A DNA stretch of 63,032 nt, filler included, from Reticulomyxa filosa (taxonomy: Eukaryota; Protista; Foraminifera): the NCBI GenBank assembly GCA_000512085.1. It is 22 parts of 22 records of this genome, joined end to end, with 100 filler letters (N's around TTAATTAATTAA, not from the genome) between each part and the next. Parts side by side here need not be neighbours in the genome. Positions count along the whole stretch, not along the records: positions 49,822 to 51,732 come from ASPP01007844.1; positions 51,833 to 54,895 come from ASPP01020945.1; positions 54,996 to 56,021 come from ASPP01043265.1; positions 56,122 to 57,495 come from ASPP01043280.1; positions 57,596 to 58,914 come from ASPP01028767.1; positions 59,015 to 60,463 come from ASPP01036575.1; positions 60,564 to 63,032 come from ASPP01011921.1; 15 more parts are not named here. The stretch is one strand, 5' to 3'. The position numbers and the translations under genes are program-made. Positions 50,726 to 63,032 of this stretch are shown piece by piece. How positions within the stretch are numbered: the stretch's first letter is position 1; every line of letters starts with the position of its first letter. A model generated the notes under the pieces. That model searched no databases and had not been told where the DNA came from. It was given only the letters and a program-made list of their open reading frames with translations.

Positions 50726-51701
50726 GTCATAATGATTATTATAATAATTGTAGTTGTTATCAGGATGATCTTCGTAGTGTGTTTGTTCGTTGTTTTGTGT
50801 TTTTGGAATATGTTGTTGTTGTTGTTGTTGTTGTTGTTGCTGTTGCATCCACTGAAAGTGATATGGTGAAGAAACTTGGCTCGAGTGACGCAATGACGCC
50901 ATCATGGTGGAGGACATAGCCATACGATGATCAACACTGGACCAATGGGCACGATGGGAATTGGAATGATTGGCATTGGTATTGATATTGGTATTGGTAT
51001 TGGTATTGATATTGGTATTGATATTAGTATTGGTGCTGGTCAAATGGGGAGTGACAGACTCGGGCACTCTTCGGCTGACTACAATGCCGCCGTTGCCTTT
51101 GCTGTACGTCCGTCGAACAAAGCTGGCAGGCGACGAGGGCACGTCGTTGGTCGTGGAGGTAGTGTCTGGCGTCATCGGTTCATTGTCACTCATCGACACG
51201 TATGGTTGAGGTTGAGGTTGAGGTTGAAATTGGGATTGGGATTGGGGTTGGGGTTGGGGTTGAGGTTGAAGTTGAGATTGGGGACGGATGATGTAGTTGG
51301 GATATAGCAAATCTCCGTTCATCGGAGTGGCACTGACAAGAATTGATGGTTGGAGTGATATTACTTGTGTATTGGGACTTGTTTGAATCTGTGAAGGATA
51401 GTAATAATAATAAGGTGGTAGAGATTGTTGTTGTTGTTGTTGTTGTTGAGAATGAATATTATCATTGTTATTATTATTATTATTATTATTATCATTATTG
51501 TTAGTATTATTGTTGTTGTAGTCATCCGTGTTATGTTGTTTCTTTCCCTTTTTTTTTTTAATGACCACTTTTCTAACATGGTGGGAGCGATGAACACCAG
51601 CGTTGTGAGTGCCAGATTCATTGGGTCGTTTGCGATTGTAATAATCAGCACTAAACACGGTGTTTTTGTCCCATTGTTCTTCTCTATCATCATTATCATC
51701 A

Positions 51702-51732
<31 letters not shown>
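49917..51732 (-). CDS. Hypothetical N/Q/P-rich disordered protein, internal exons
   Basis: A 479-aa ORF with poly-N, poly-Q and QP repeats, plus downstream exons. Confidence 0.5.
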
Positions 51733-53704
51733 NNNNNNNNNNNNNNNNNNNNNNNNNNNNNNNNNNNNNNNNNNNNTTAATTAATTAANNNNNNNNNNNN
51801 NNNNNNNNNNNNNNNNNNNNNNNNNNNNNNNNGCAAATATTTCGGCATTACAAACATAAACAATGCAGCTGTATAGTTAATTAAGCGTCACCAAAACAGG
51901 TACTAACGAAGAATTTTGAAAAATTGTTTCAGTATTGACTACATGCTATGAAACCGATCAGATTTACGTTCGTGAGCAATGATAATCCCTTAATTAAAAT
52001 TGCAGTTTGTTCTGAAATTGCACAAACACAAAAAAAATGCCCCTTCCTTCTTAAAAGAAGGGAAAAAAAATATGCATAAAGGACAACTAAAAAAAAATAA
52101 TTCAACAAAAAAAAGTTCCTTATATCCAAAATAATGGGCAATGTGTGCAACATAATCAGAAATTTCAATAACAAAGAGTAAAGCTTTGAATAAGAAGACG
52201 AAAGAAATGATCATGTCAAACATCTTAGAACAATTGAATAAGTAGGTGCAGGAGAAGTGCCTATTACAAATATTTTTTTTTTTTAGCAATTGATTTCTGT
52301 TGAATGTGAAATACTAATTTGTTAGGATGAATATTTTGGATTGAAAAAAACAATTGAACAAAAAGAGGGTTGGACGTAGTAAGTATTAAATTTGTTCTCT
52401 TTGGCAACACAGACCACTGAAGTGTGTTTATTTGTAAGGCCAAGTGAATCAAAAAATATCTCTCCCATCAAAACAAGTTTACAAGACAACTGAAAAAGTG
52501 CTTGCAAAGAGTACAAAAACAACTATAAGAGTTGTTGAGAACAGTCATACTAGCAGAAGTCCAAGTAGAACCACTGCAAATACAGAAGCATACACCACCA
52601 GATTTGGAAACTTTTTGCAAACTCAAAAGATCCGAAGAAACTTACGATATCAATTTTTTCGCATTGCCTTTGCCTTTTTTATTTCAGATTACACACCAAC
52701 AATAATTCAATTCGCTCTTCCGAAAAATCGCAAAATTTATCTGACCGTGGGCCAAAAGAGAAGAACCACATTCATTCAGTATCTCCAGATTTCAAGGAGA
52801 TTGATCCCACAATTGCCCAAAAACATCATTGTCCAAAGTAATCAACCCTAATTGCGACCATGCATTGCAATGTAAATATAGCAATGGTCGAGTATGCCTA
52901 TATGATAAGAATGATCTTTGCATCTCGAATTTGTTAAAAAAATACATGCCTTTCCTACCAAATCGAACACTGCATATATTATGATAGAAAGAAGATGCTG
53001 GGAGACATAGTCAGGTCAAGCCCTAGCAAACAAATATAGGACCACAAGTGACAAAGCCAAGTAGACAATCTTCCTTGCATTTAGTGTCGCCCTTTAGTGA
53101 ATGCCTTAGCATTGATCACGCATTGCAAATAACTAGCATATAATGACTGACTTTCATCAAATAGTAACCACTCAATGCAAACAATAGAGCATATTGCCAC
53201 ACAAAGCGCACAACAGAAAAGACGTCTCAACGCAAACTGACGGCCGAAGCAAATGAAGGGTGCATAAAACACTGCTTAATAATGAAAAAGCATACCATTT
53301 GTTTTGTTCTTATTATAGCTCATTTTTTGAAAAGGGTGTATGAAGGTGAATGTAACTCTATTTCGTTTGCAACTTGTTTAAGTTTTTAATTTAACTAGGC
53401 CAGCGACTGCTGTCTACATGAAAAAATAAAAAATCTGGAACTAGACCCTTTTTAAGAAACTTTTCGATTCGTCATAATTTTATTTTTGACACTTTGTTTT
53501 TGTGGATACAAGTAAGTTTTCAGATTTTGTTTGTAGTTTTTAAAAGTTTACATCAGTTTATGTTGTGGTAACATTAGGAAAAAAAGAAAGAAACCAATGA
53601 GTGACAAGGTAAGAGGAAAAAAAAAGCAAGAGATAAGTCGAAGAATTGAAAAAAAAACATTTTAACGAAAATAATGGAAAAAAAAAAAGGAGTCCATCAG
53701 AATA

Positions 53705-54703
53705 TCAATTAATTTCTTCAAAATCATAAGATTGGAGTTGTAAAGGATGTTGTGTTAATAGTACTACTTGATTTTTCAGACTGTGAATTTCTTGCTCGAA
53801 TTGAGCCAACTTTGTTTTTAATGCTGTAATTTCGTCGTTTTGAGCGTGAATGAGGTAGTCAACCTTCATTTCCAAATGTGGATAGGCAGCGTCAGCCAAA
53901 TGCGTATCAGCACTTGTCGTGCTAGTAGCTTGAAATAGACATCCGTACTTTCGATACGGGCAGGTGACAAGAAGGATGGAGGCCTGTGAAGCATTCTCAT
54001 TATCGAGACTGGGATTCGCATCTTGCTGTATTTGTTTGCCCCGCACCGTCGAATGATTCGAGCACTGACTCTGTTCTTTGATACCACACTCGTCTTCGTG
54101 GACTTCGTGAAGATGATGTGGCTCCATATGTGGTACATCGACGTCGATGGCACTCGATGCCTTGTCAGTCATGACTTGGCCCTGACACTTGATATGCTTT
54201 ATTTGTGAGTACTCACAGTCGTTTTGTTGATGATTTTGCAAATCCTTTAAATATCCTTTCCATTGGCATTGTCTTATCTTATTATTATTATTATTATTAT
54301 TATTGTTATCTTTTGTAATTGCAATTGTATTGTGACATTGCACTTGCAATTCATTAATTGCGTTGTTAATACTCTGGCAACGGTGCAATATCCCGCTTAC
54401 TCTGCTGCGACATAATGGACAACTTTTTTGTTTGGAAATGATATAACTCATACCCTCGCTTGTATACCCCGATTCTATACCCTTGCAGTTCCTCTCAAAA
54501 TGCTGGACAATACAGCCTTCACAGAACAAATGCTTTCCTTCGCACCCACACTCCACTGCATCTTTCATCACATCGTGACATATCCCACACAGGTAGTTGC
54601 TTGCTCGTGTCTTATCACTAAACAGTGTTGACTCATGCCCATGCAGGTTCAATGGCAAATCACACAAAAGATCGGTGCCAAAAGGATTGGCACAAAAGGA
54701 CAT
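53705..54703 (-). CDS. TRAF-like RING finger / TRAF zinc finger / coiled-coil protein
   Basis: CGICHDVMKDAVECGC..HLFCEGCI..CPLCR, INELQVQC..CQWKGYLKDLQNH..C and CPY..YGC..HL..HL, then a heptad tail. No MATH domain. Confidence 0.88.
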   Translation of the reverse strand: MSFCANPFGTDLLCDLPLNLHGHESTLFSDKTRASNYLCGICHDVMKDAVECGCEGKHLFCEGCIVQHFERNCKGIESGYTSEGMSYIISKQKSCPLCRSRVSGILHRCQSINNAINELQVQCHNTIAITKDNNNNNNNNNKIRQCQWKGYLKDLQNHQQNDCEYSQIKHIKCQGQVMTDKASSAIDVDVPHMEPHHLHEVHEDECGIKEQSQCSNHSTVRGKQIQQDANPSLDNENASQASILLVTCPYRKYGCLFQATSTTSADTHLADAAYPHLEMKVDYLIHAQNDEITALKTKLAQFEQEIHSLKNQVVLLTQHPLQLQSYDFEEIN

Positions 54704-55286
54704 GAGAAGGTTATTTTGCCAGTGTCTTTATTACAAAAAAATATTTTGTTTTTGGTCCCGTTTTTTTTTAAACAGATGACTCGCTTCACGTTCAATTTGC
54801 ACTTTATTAATTTTTAATTAAACTCTCAATTATTTTGCAAAATACAGACTCAGGAATTCACCTAGCAATTACAGTAGGTTGCAAAGAAAACTGAANNNNN
54901 NNNNNNNNNNNNNNNNNNNNNNNNNNNNNNNNNNNNNNNTTAATTAATTAANNNNNNNNNNNNNNNNNNNNNNNNNNNNNNNNNNNNNNNNNNNNTTGGA
55001 ATTGGAGCTTAGCTCCTAGAGTCAAAGTTTTATTTATTTTTTTTTTTTTTAAATGAAAAATTATTTGGTTTTGTTATGTTCATAGGTTGCAAGTCGTCGA
55101 CGAAAGATTGGAAATTTTTGTTTTTTTATTTTTATTTTTATTTTTTTATTTTTATTATGAGAGATTGGGGAAGTTGGGGAAATATAAAGGGAAAATTGGG
55201 AAAAAGGAAAGTGAAAATTGGGAAAAATGAAAGGGAAAATTGGGAAAAATAAAAGGGAAAATTGGGGAAAAGTGAAAAAAATAAAG

Positions 55287-55400
55287 AAAATTTTAATTAA
55301 GAAATGGGGAAAATTTTAATTAAGAATGTGGGAAAAATTTTAATTAAGAAAAACGTGAAAATTTTAATTAAGAAAAACGTGAAAATTTTAATTAAGAAAA
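55287..55400 (+). repeat. Degenerate ~24-nt tandem repeat (GAAAATTTTAATTAAGAA core, 5 copies) in a purine-skewed tract
   Basis: The core aaaattttaattaagaa recurs five times, preceded by gaaaattggg repeats at ~55190-55270. Confidence 0.75.
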
Positions 55401-56121
55401 GTTTGAAAAAATTATATTTTAGAAAATGAAAAAAAAAAATGATAACAATTGTAAAAAAAGAGAAAAAAGGGGAGAAAGTGGGGAAAAAAAACGGGATAAT
55501 ATCCCTCAAAAGCGCTGAACAAGCGCGAATTTTATTGTCGCAACGACCTATCCACTTTGTGCGCATTTGCGCTGGGTTCGAACCGACGTGACGTTTGAGT
55601 TATAAGGTAGGCGTTGCAAGCAAGAAAGTGATACCTACAAAAAGAAAGGAAAAAAAGAAACGAATCGTGCAGACCGAAGAAGACTATCCTCAGTCTGATC
55701 GCCAGTCCAAACGTTGGACATCGTCGTTATTGGAAGTGCTCTCGCCACAAGGGCGGCCAGTGCGAATTGGCTTTGGTGATAGAGTTGGAATAATTGGATT
55801 AATTTAGTAGAACTTGTTCAAGACAAGCTGGATCTTGGCGCATCATGACCACAAAATCGAGCTGCCAAGATAGATAAAAACCAAGACTTGTGATTATCTT
55901 TCGATATTTGCGAATGGCCAGGAATTATACGTAACGAAGCCAAGATCACTGGCAAAAAAGGATAAGAAGAAGCAAAGAAAGGATATTTCAAGAGTCCGGA
56001 GGCTGTACCGCGTTGGATTTGNNNNNNNNNNNNNNNNNNNNNNNNNNNNNNNNNNNNNNNNNNNNTTAATTAATTAANNNNNNNNNNNNNNNNNNNNNNN
56101 NNNNNNNNNNNNNNNNNNNNN

Positions 56122-56335
56122 TATACTTGCTCCCCAAGAAATAATAATACCAGATGCTCACAGTAATAAACTGTACTACTTTAAGCATTGAAGCCACTAT
56201 TGAAAAGATTGCCACAGGATCTTGCCTGGTACTTCGACAATACTGCAACCATTCGTTATGTTGAGTCCATACCCAGAGATAATACCAATGGGGGATTGAT
56301 ATAATTAATAAAGCGAGCCAAGTTAATAAATACAT
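56122..56335 (-). CDS. Phospholipid N-methyltransferase (PLMT/PEMT-type), N-terminus
   Basis: PHWYYLWVWTQHNEWLQYC..DPVAIFSIVASMLKVVQ parallels the plant PLMT N-terminus as I recall it (PFYWWLWT..SWVNLC..DPS.VMA.VSHVLKAAQ). Truncated by the contig end. Confidence 0.65.
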
Positions 56336-56680
56336 GTAAGGTTTGCCCTTTTGTGAACAAGCTCAACTTAATCCGAATTCATGACGAAGACAGTATTTAA
56401 CTAACTCAGTTGACTGCTATTTTGTAATTAATTGTTCTAAAAACAAGTAAAGCAGCACTTTAAACTGATTATATATATATATTTGTCAAGATTTTTAAAT
56501 CGTGCTCAGTACATTTCCATATCAAGTACTTTGACAATATTCATTTTGCTGCTGATAAGTACTGCAGCTTGACAACACAAGGAAAAATTACGGGATACAT
56601 TTTTTTATTAGCGCTTCTTCTAAAAGTGTGTTTACAATTTATGGGGACTTCAATCTTAAAATTAGAAAAATATAAGTGAT

Positions 56681-57131
56681 AATGTTTTCATTTTTGACTG
56701 GCCTAAATATCGCCAATGGTATCACTAATAAGAAGAAAAATCCTCAATCTCAGCTAAATCCCTTGTCTCATGATTCAGGAAGTAGAACGTCACTGATTAG
56801 TAAGCCAAACCAAATACAAGAACCTCGAGTGGATTACGTTGCAAACGTTCACACACAAAATCGCTTTAATAACGATCAAGCAAACATCCCATTTCGACCA
56901 GAACCACCAACTAATGAAAGCACAATTGTCAATACACCATCTCAACAAAAAGTAGTTATCACAAAAAGGAAAATGCTCGACGGTGAAGGATTACGTGCTG
57001 TGGACTTGTTGTTAGGAATTGTGGTTTTATTGTTTACACTTTCCATTAATCACTTCATAAAATCTATTATCACCTCTTTGCTTCTTTCCACCATTGTGAT
57101 GGCTTCCATTTATGCTTGTGCAATGTCATAG
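56681..57131 (+). CDS. Hypothetical small membrane protein with two C-terminal transmembrane helices
   Basis: Open frame with hydrophobic segments LLLGIVVLLFTLSI and IITSLLLSTIVMASIYAC. Confidence 0.5.
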
Positions 57132-57595
57132 AAATTTTTATAATATTTCTATGAAGGTATTATATAACAATAAAAGAACCCACAAAATGCAATAAATTTG
57201 ATCATTTGTTAATTTTTTAGTTTCCATTTTTCTTCTTGTCTAGTTGGCCAATATCCTTGAAAATATTTGACGTGTGGCCAACACAAATTTACATTTAAAA
57301 AGATTGAAAAAAATTGTATAAATATGATTAATAACTAATCCTTAAGATCAAATCTTAAAAATTTCAATTATCATATCTTAGCTTTCCATTTTTTCCTTTT
57401 GGAGTGAGTATGTGTTCCAAAGATTATACAATTTTTTCATATGTTAGAACATATAAACAAAGCTTCATTTGTAACATAGGACTCCCTTTATCAACNNNNN
57501 NNNNNNNNNNNNNNNNNNNNNNNNNNNNNNNNNNNNNNNTTAATTAATTAANNNNNNNNNNNNNNNNNNNNNNNNNNNNNNNNNNNNNNNNNNNN

Positions 57596-58914
57596 GACGG
57601 CGACCGCGCCTGGATTATCTTTCAAGTGTTTGACCAAGGCCTTGAAGCCGTGTGCGAATATCTTTACACCGGATCTCACGTTTACTCCAAATTGGTGGAC
57701 GCCCACTTGGCCTCTAATTTCATCCGTGTGTCTCTTAACCAAGATTGCTGCCGCTGCTCTGCGGAACAAGGAACCTATTGCTATAGGTCTTGGCGAGCCG
57801 TCTGGTTTGGCTATCGCGACAGGTCTAGCCCCATGAACGATCGGGGATGCGTCCGGGCAGGTTTTGCCTTCCATGACCAAACGCACGACTTTTCCCCAAT
57901 TGGTAATTGTTTGTGCTTCTAACTCATAAGGCAACAGATCAATCAAATGTTGGACGACGAATAGGTCGACTCCACCGGTCGATGATCTTTTGATGTTATG
58001 GATATGGCTGGACAGCTCGTCAAACGTTGGAATACGATACTTTGGAATGTGTGGAAGGGAGCGAATGTTCTTCTCGTGCTCGTTGATGATGTTACTTGGA
58101 GGGTCTTCATGAAGATGTTTGCCAGCGAAGGCCTTTTTAACCTCTTCTGTGTATGTGATAGGTTGGTTGGTGAGAGCGCGCTAAAGGCTCCGGAGAAGTC
58201 CCCAAGAGATGCCAAGCGTAAGCATCGTTCGTTTGAAGATGCAATTTTTGGTGTGCGGTATTTGCGGTCGGGCAATTGGTTTGAATGATAAAGGAACTCC
58301 TCCCATAGTTGTTGGTAAGACTTTGCCTTCCATTGTTTCAATCTTTGTGTGATTGCGTTGGTAACTGTGTTGATGTGTTGTTTACCATCTCTTTTTGGTT
58401 GAAATAGGATGACTTTGACAAAAAGGGCCCATTTTGACCAAGCGAGAATGTTGTTATTGTTGGCGATGTCGCGAAGGCATTGTGAAATGGCGTTAGCGAA
58501 GACACTGCGGACTTTGAGAGTCTGGCGGGACTACTGATAATAGTTTATATTGATGGGAAGTGCCAGGTCGAATCGGAGGAGATGGCTACTTCTGGTGGGG
58601 TGAGTGGCTCGTTGTTGATGTCAGGGGCAAGATATTTTTCTTCATTACCGTCTGAATGTTGTGAAGGTGGTATGATGGGTCTATGGTTGCTGTGTGTATG
58701 AAGTTGAGGCTGGTGTAGAGTTGACTGTGGGATTGGCAAATGAGTTGCCGCGTTTTGTGGACGAATGACTGTTTGCGTATATAGGTGGGGTTGCTGCAGG
58801 TGTGTGCTCAATTGTGGCTTTGCGGTGTTGTGAGTGGAAGGGATCATTGTAGATGTTCGGTTGCTGGAATTTTGTAGCAGTTGATTGCTATCTTGTGCAT
58901 TAATAGTGCTGTTC
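57596..58914 (-). mobile_element. Early-branching non-LTR retrotransposon (CRE/R2-like) RT region, frameshifted and partial
   Basis: LASLGDFSGAFSAL, GARPVAIAKPDGSPRPIAIGSLFRR and HQFGV..RSGV..AH, with the contig ending just before the expected D..NAFN motif. Confidence 0.8.
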
Positions 58915-59014
58915 NNNNNNNNNNNNNNNNNNNNNNNNNNNNNNNNNNNNNNNNNNNNTTAATTAATTAANNNNNNNNNNNNNNNNNNNNNNNNNNNNNN
59001 NNNNNNNNNNNNNN

Positions 59015-59310
59015 ACAAATGAATTGACAATCATCAAATGTTGAACAATCAATACTCCGCACCCAATCAGTATGTCCAGTGAATGTATTGATTAATTTGG
59101 ATGATGAACGAAATGTGTCAAACATGAAAACAGTATATGCCTATGTTAAATAAACATTTAAATATTTGATTAGTATTTAAAAAAAGATAGAACAAATGAA
59201 CTAACATAATTGATAACAAATTTGTCAAAATGTTCGATCCATCCTAATTTAATGTTTAATTTTCGAATCCAGTAATGAATAATTATTTTGATATCTTCTT
59301 CTTTTGACTG
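59015..59310 (-). CDS. Third WD40-family paralog, N-terminal exons
   Basis: KEEDIKIIIHYWIRKLNIKLGWIEHFDKFVINY and VFMFDTFRSSSKLINTFTGHTDWVRSIDCSTFDD. Confidence 0.78.
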
Positions 59311-60563
59311 TTTCAATGATAAAGCATAATGAGAAAAACAATACGAAGAAAAAAGTAAAAAAACAATTTAAACGAAACTTTCATTACTAAGCTAAGTATC
59401 TTTTTTTTTCTTGAAATGATCTTTGATGACGCAAAGATGACGAAAAGATGCTTTTCAACTTTTTTTTAACTCACAAAGGGTCATAAAAAATTCTTTTGTT
59501 AATAAGTATAAACTTTGTATGAGAAATAAGTGTTTTATTTTGCAAAGACCCATTATTTATAATACACACCAGTGACTTTTTTTTGTCATTGTAACCTCTA
59601 AACTATACAAAGAGAATATGAGTATAGTTGATGAAAGAAAATAAAGGACTGACATAATTTCTAATTTCTTATTATTTTTGCTCTTTACTAGCAAAGAAGG
59701 TTTTGTTCCTTCTTAAAAAAAACTGCAAAAATACTTTTCTTGGAGTCAACGAGAATTTTTTTGTTTTAATTTCTAGTTTACTCAAAATTATAAGAAATGG
59801 GTAATTTGAGTGCACAAGAACGTATAATTGAATATGAATTATTATTATTTTAAAACTCATTCCAGATAATCCCTATCAATAGTTTACGAGTCATTTCCAG
59901 ACTCAACAATTGAATTTAGAGTCATTTTTTTCTTCAAAATTACTTTTTTTGCAAATATGCAATTAGTCCATAAATACGTTCAAGAAAAAACTAGTAATGA
60001 TTTTGTTGAATTTAGTGCACAATAAAAGAAAATAAAATAGATAACTTTCTATTATATTTTTCAAATCACCAGCATCTCAGGGACATTTTACCTTCAAAAT
60101 GTAATTCAATAAAGAAAATGTCCTGCTGTGTTTCTGATTTTTTTTTGTCAGTTAAAACGTGTGAAAGAAACTAATTTTTGATTTATTTGTATTTAAAGGT
60201 ATATTGCAAAGTTTTATTATAGATTTAATACATAGAAATTTTTTAAAATCTTTCCAATATTTTTTTTCCCTAAAAGAAATTCTACATGACTGTTTTTGGG
60301 TGTAACATGTTAAATAAAACAAAAAATGCAATTGAAAAATAATCAAATCAAACAAATGGAAAGGGGTTATCAGCAAGAATTACTCTGAAGAACTTGCTTA
60401 AGAACATTTATGGAAATTGACATTGTATCTTTGCCTTTTTAATGAAATATGAAAATTGAATTGNNNNNNNNNNNNNNNNNNNNNNNNNNNNNNNNNNNNN
60501 NNNNNNNTTAATTAATTAANNNNNNNNNNNNNNNNNNNNNNNNNNNNNNNNNNNNNNNNNNNN

Positions 60564-61072
60564 ATAACATTGATTACAAAGCCAAGCTCAAAGGTGTCAT
60601 TGAAAAAGTGAATTGGTGCTGTTGATTCAAAATGGTATTTGCCAACTTTCTTTGTATTTTGCTTTGTTTTTTTTTTTTTTTTTTATTTTTTTTTACTTAT
60701 TTTGCTGGATTTTGTTTGTTTGTTTGTTTTTTTGTAGAGGTGGAATGCAAACAACTCCCGAATACAGATACTAAGAATAGCTCTGTTGATGATCATCATG
60801 CCACTACGACGGCCGCTGCTTCAAATGTGTATCCCACTACGATTGTTCAAGATCATGTCAATATCGAGGAAATACGACAGTTTATTAATAACCAACAAAA
60901 AGACGCTCATCAATCAACAAACAGCTTTGTCTTTTTTTTTAAAAAAAAAAAAAAAAAAGAAGGGAGAAAGGTGGAGAAAAAAAAAGTTTTAAATTTTTGC
61001 TATACAAATATGGAACAGATCAATCACTTGCTCACAATGTTGATGGAGAATCAACAAAGTGCCACTGTGTAG
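60564..61072 (+). CDS. 3' exons of a hypothetical protein
   Basis: Exon-like blocks at ~60739-60923 and 61019-61072, flanked by T/A-rich introns. No domain recognised. Confidence 0.35.
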
Positions 61073-61879
61073 TGTTGTAATCGACTCAACGTTACATAAG
61101 GACGTCGTAAACATAATAATAACAAAATCGCGTTGTCTATGATTCCTGTTCTCACGCGTGAAGATAGAATAATTGAATAATAAAACATTGAAAATACAAA
61201 CCTACTCTGGTAATTGATTGAACCATAAAAAAAACAATATGAAATGATATTGCATAACATTTTGAATCTTGCATACTGTTAACTGTTCCATGTGCGACAG
61301 TTTAAACTTACGTAAAAACTTGTATTGCACTTGCTTCGTTACTTTCAAGTGATGAAATAATAAAATTAGACAATTTGTAAGCTACACACTTAATTCAACA
61401 GTATCGTGGTCAAAAAATATTATATTTCTCACACAAGTTGCCCACGCAGGGGTTCTTCTAAAAATGAAAGTTTGAATAAAATTGGCGAACATTTAAAATT
61501 TATCGTTCTTTTTTTTTTTAGAACATTGACAACGGAATTTGTTGTCATATTAATCATAATCACGTGTGTTTCCTTTTTTTTTTGCAATATATTCGTTTAG
61601 GTCAATGACCAAATTTAATTATTTCCCAATTGTTAAATTCAACAAACAAAAAATTTCGATTATCTTTAAATTATTTTTTTGACAATGTAGCACAAATCGT
61701 GAAGACAGATACAATTAACCGACTAAATTATTAAACATTGTACTGAAAGCATTAAAAATATGTAAACAAAGAACGACATAATAAAAACCTCAAATATAAT
61801 TTTTTTGTTTTTTTCAAAATTATCGCAATGTAAAGGGAAGAACAACGTTCTTAGGTTTAAAAAAACCTCGAGAGATATC

Positions 61880-62992
61880 ATGTCTAATGAGTCGATAACT
61901 AGCCCAAAGCAGGATGAAAATATGGACATGGCATCGAAGAGTGCCAAGCCCATATCTACTCCTTTGCAAATGGCGGAGAAATTCAAAGCCTTGTTTACAG
62001 AATATGACAAGAATGGTGACGGGCTAATCGACTACAGTGAATGGAAAGACTTGATTCAAAACAGCGCCGATGTGGCACTGGACCATTTGAGCGAAGGAGA
62101 TACACAATATCTATTCGACACATTGTCCAACCATAGCGAGCACATTAAATACCCGGACCTAGTGACGGACCTGACCAACGCAGCGAAACAAAATCCAACA
62201 ATGCCAGCGAGTGAGTTTGTGAATTCATTTTTCGCCCGATTTTTTGCGGCGCAAACATCGCCTTCGCATAGTAATCAAGTCAATAATGCGCACTCATCAG
62301 CCCCATCATTGATGTTGTCAAGGACATTGACATCCAATCGTAATTTGTTTCAGTTTTGTTTTTTTTTTTTTTTTTTACAAAAAAAAAAGTTTGAAGATAC
62401 AACCCCATTTTTTTTTTTTTAAATAAATATTTTTTTTTGATTGGGTGAAACAAAATAAGGAAAACAATGGAGACGTGCTAGACACGTTGCATCAGAAATA
62501 CGAGGCACTAAAGCAGCAATGGAAAGAGAAGGAAATGGAATGGGCGGAAGAGAAGATAACGCTGGAGACGGAAATCCGGCGTTTGGAGATCGACACGCAA
62601 CAAATGAAAGCGGAAAATGAAGAAACGGAATCGGAGTTGAACTTTCTGCGGAACATGGAAGCGGAACATTACCGGAACAAAGAGGACAAGAGTATTCTGA
62701 CGGAGCAAATGTTTGTGATGAAAGACGACATTCGTCGCGTGCACGACGAGTTGGAGCGTGTCAACGAATTGAACCGACACTTTAAGCACCAAGTAGAAAC
62801 ATGGAAAGAGTACAAAGCCAAGCAAGCGGAAGAACAGCGAAAGGTACTCAATGAAAAGCAAGATCTGATCCAAGACTCCAAATTGTTAGAAATGAAGCTG
62901 CAAGCCACCCAAGGTAAATTTGACGAAATCTTTGAAAAGCACAATCAAGCCTTGGTACAACTCGAAGAATTGGAACAATCCTATAAACAACA

Positions 62993-63032
<40 letters not shown>
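61880..63032 (+). CDS. EF-hand protein with long coiled coil, partial
   Basis: Canonical EF loop FTEYDKNGDGLIDYSEW plus a degenerate second EF-hand. After an intron, the exon from 62460 is an E/K/Q-rich heptad repeat. Confidence 0.8.

Noticed and set aside
52300-53270. Possible integrase or pseudogene (SDRG-like word)
   Set aside because: A single short word without the other catalytic residues.
55560-55625. tRNA gene or SINE around GGTTCGAACC
   Set aside because: It has a B-box-like core, but I cannot build acceptor, D or anticodon stems on either strand.
21731-60563. Regularly recurring TTAATTAATTAA between N-runs as a biological repeat or CRISPR-like array
   Set aside because: It is an identical synthetic six-frame-stop linker used to concatenate contigs.

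Overview
This is not one continuous locus. It is 22 unrelated contigs joined by 21 artificial 100-nt spacers (N44-TTAATTAATTAA-N44), so adjacency across a spacer has no biological meaning. Most contigs come from an AT-rich, intron-containing, microsatellite-rich protist. The expanded 'HWIR..IKLGWI..FDTFRSSSKL..TFTGH' WD40 family and TRAF-like RING genes suggest a foraminiferan such as Reticulomyxa (inference). Recognisable eukaryotic genes: a PWWP protein, an Alba/EF-hand fusion, a TTLL ligase, a five-cold-shock-domain protein with a mitochondrial-type presequence, a FYVE/coiled-coil protein, UBR7, two GT60 GlcNAc-transferases, STK19, VPS8, an F-box protein, three WD40 copies, glycyl-tRNA synthetase, a secreted MRH protein, a TRAF-like RING protein, PLMT and an EF-hand/coiled-coil protein. 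Decayed mobile elements: RNase H-bearing LINEs, a CRE/R2-type reverse transcriptase and two Tc1/mariner copies. Two wholly GC-rich contigs are bacterial (TamA-like Omp85 and type I R-M HsdR), probably from a co-sequenced bacterium. I see no multi-gene novel system and no CRISPR or RNA genes. The best novelty candidates are the Alba-EF-hand fusion, the mitochondrial multi-CSD protein, the extra N-terminal modules on GlyRS, and introns with A-tract rather than pyrimidine-tract acceptors. All domain calls come from reading motifs by eye, not from database searches.
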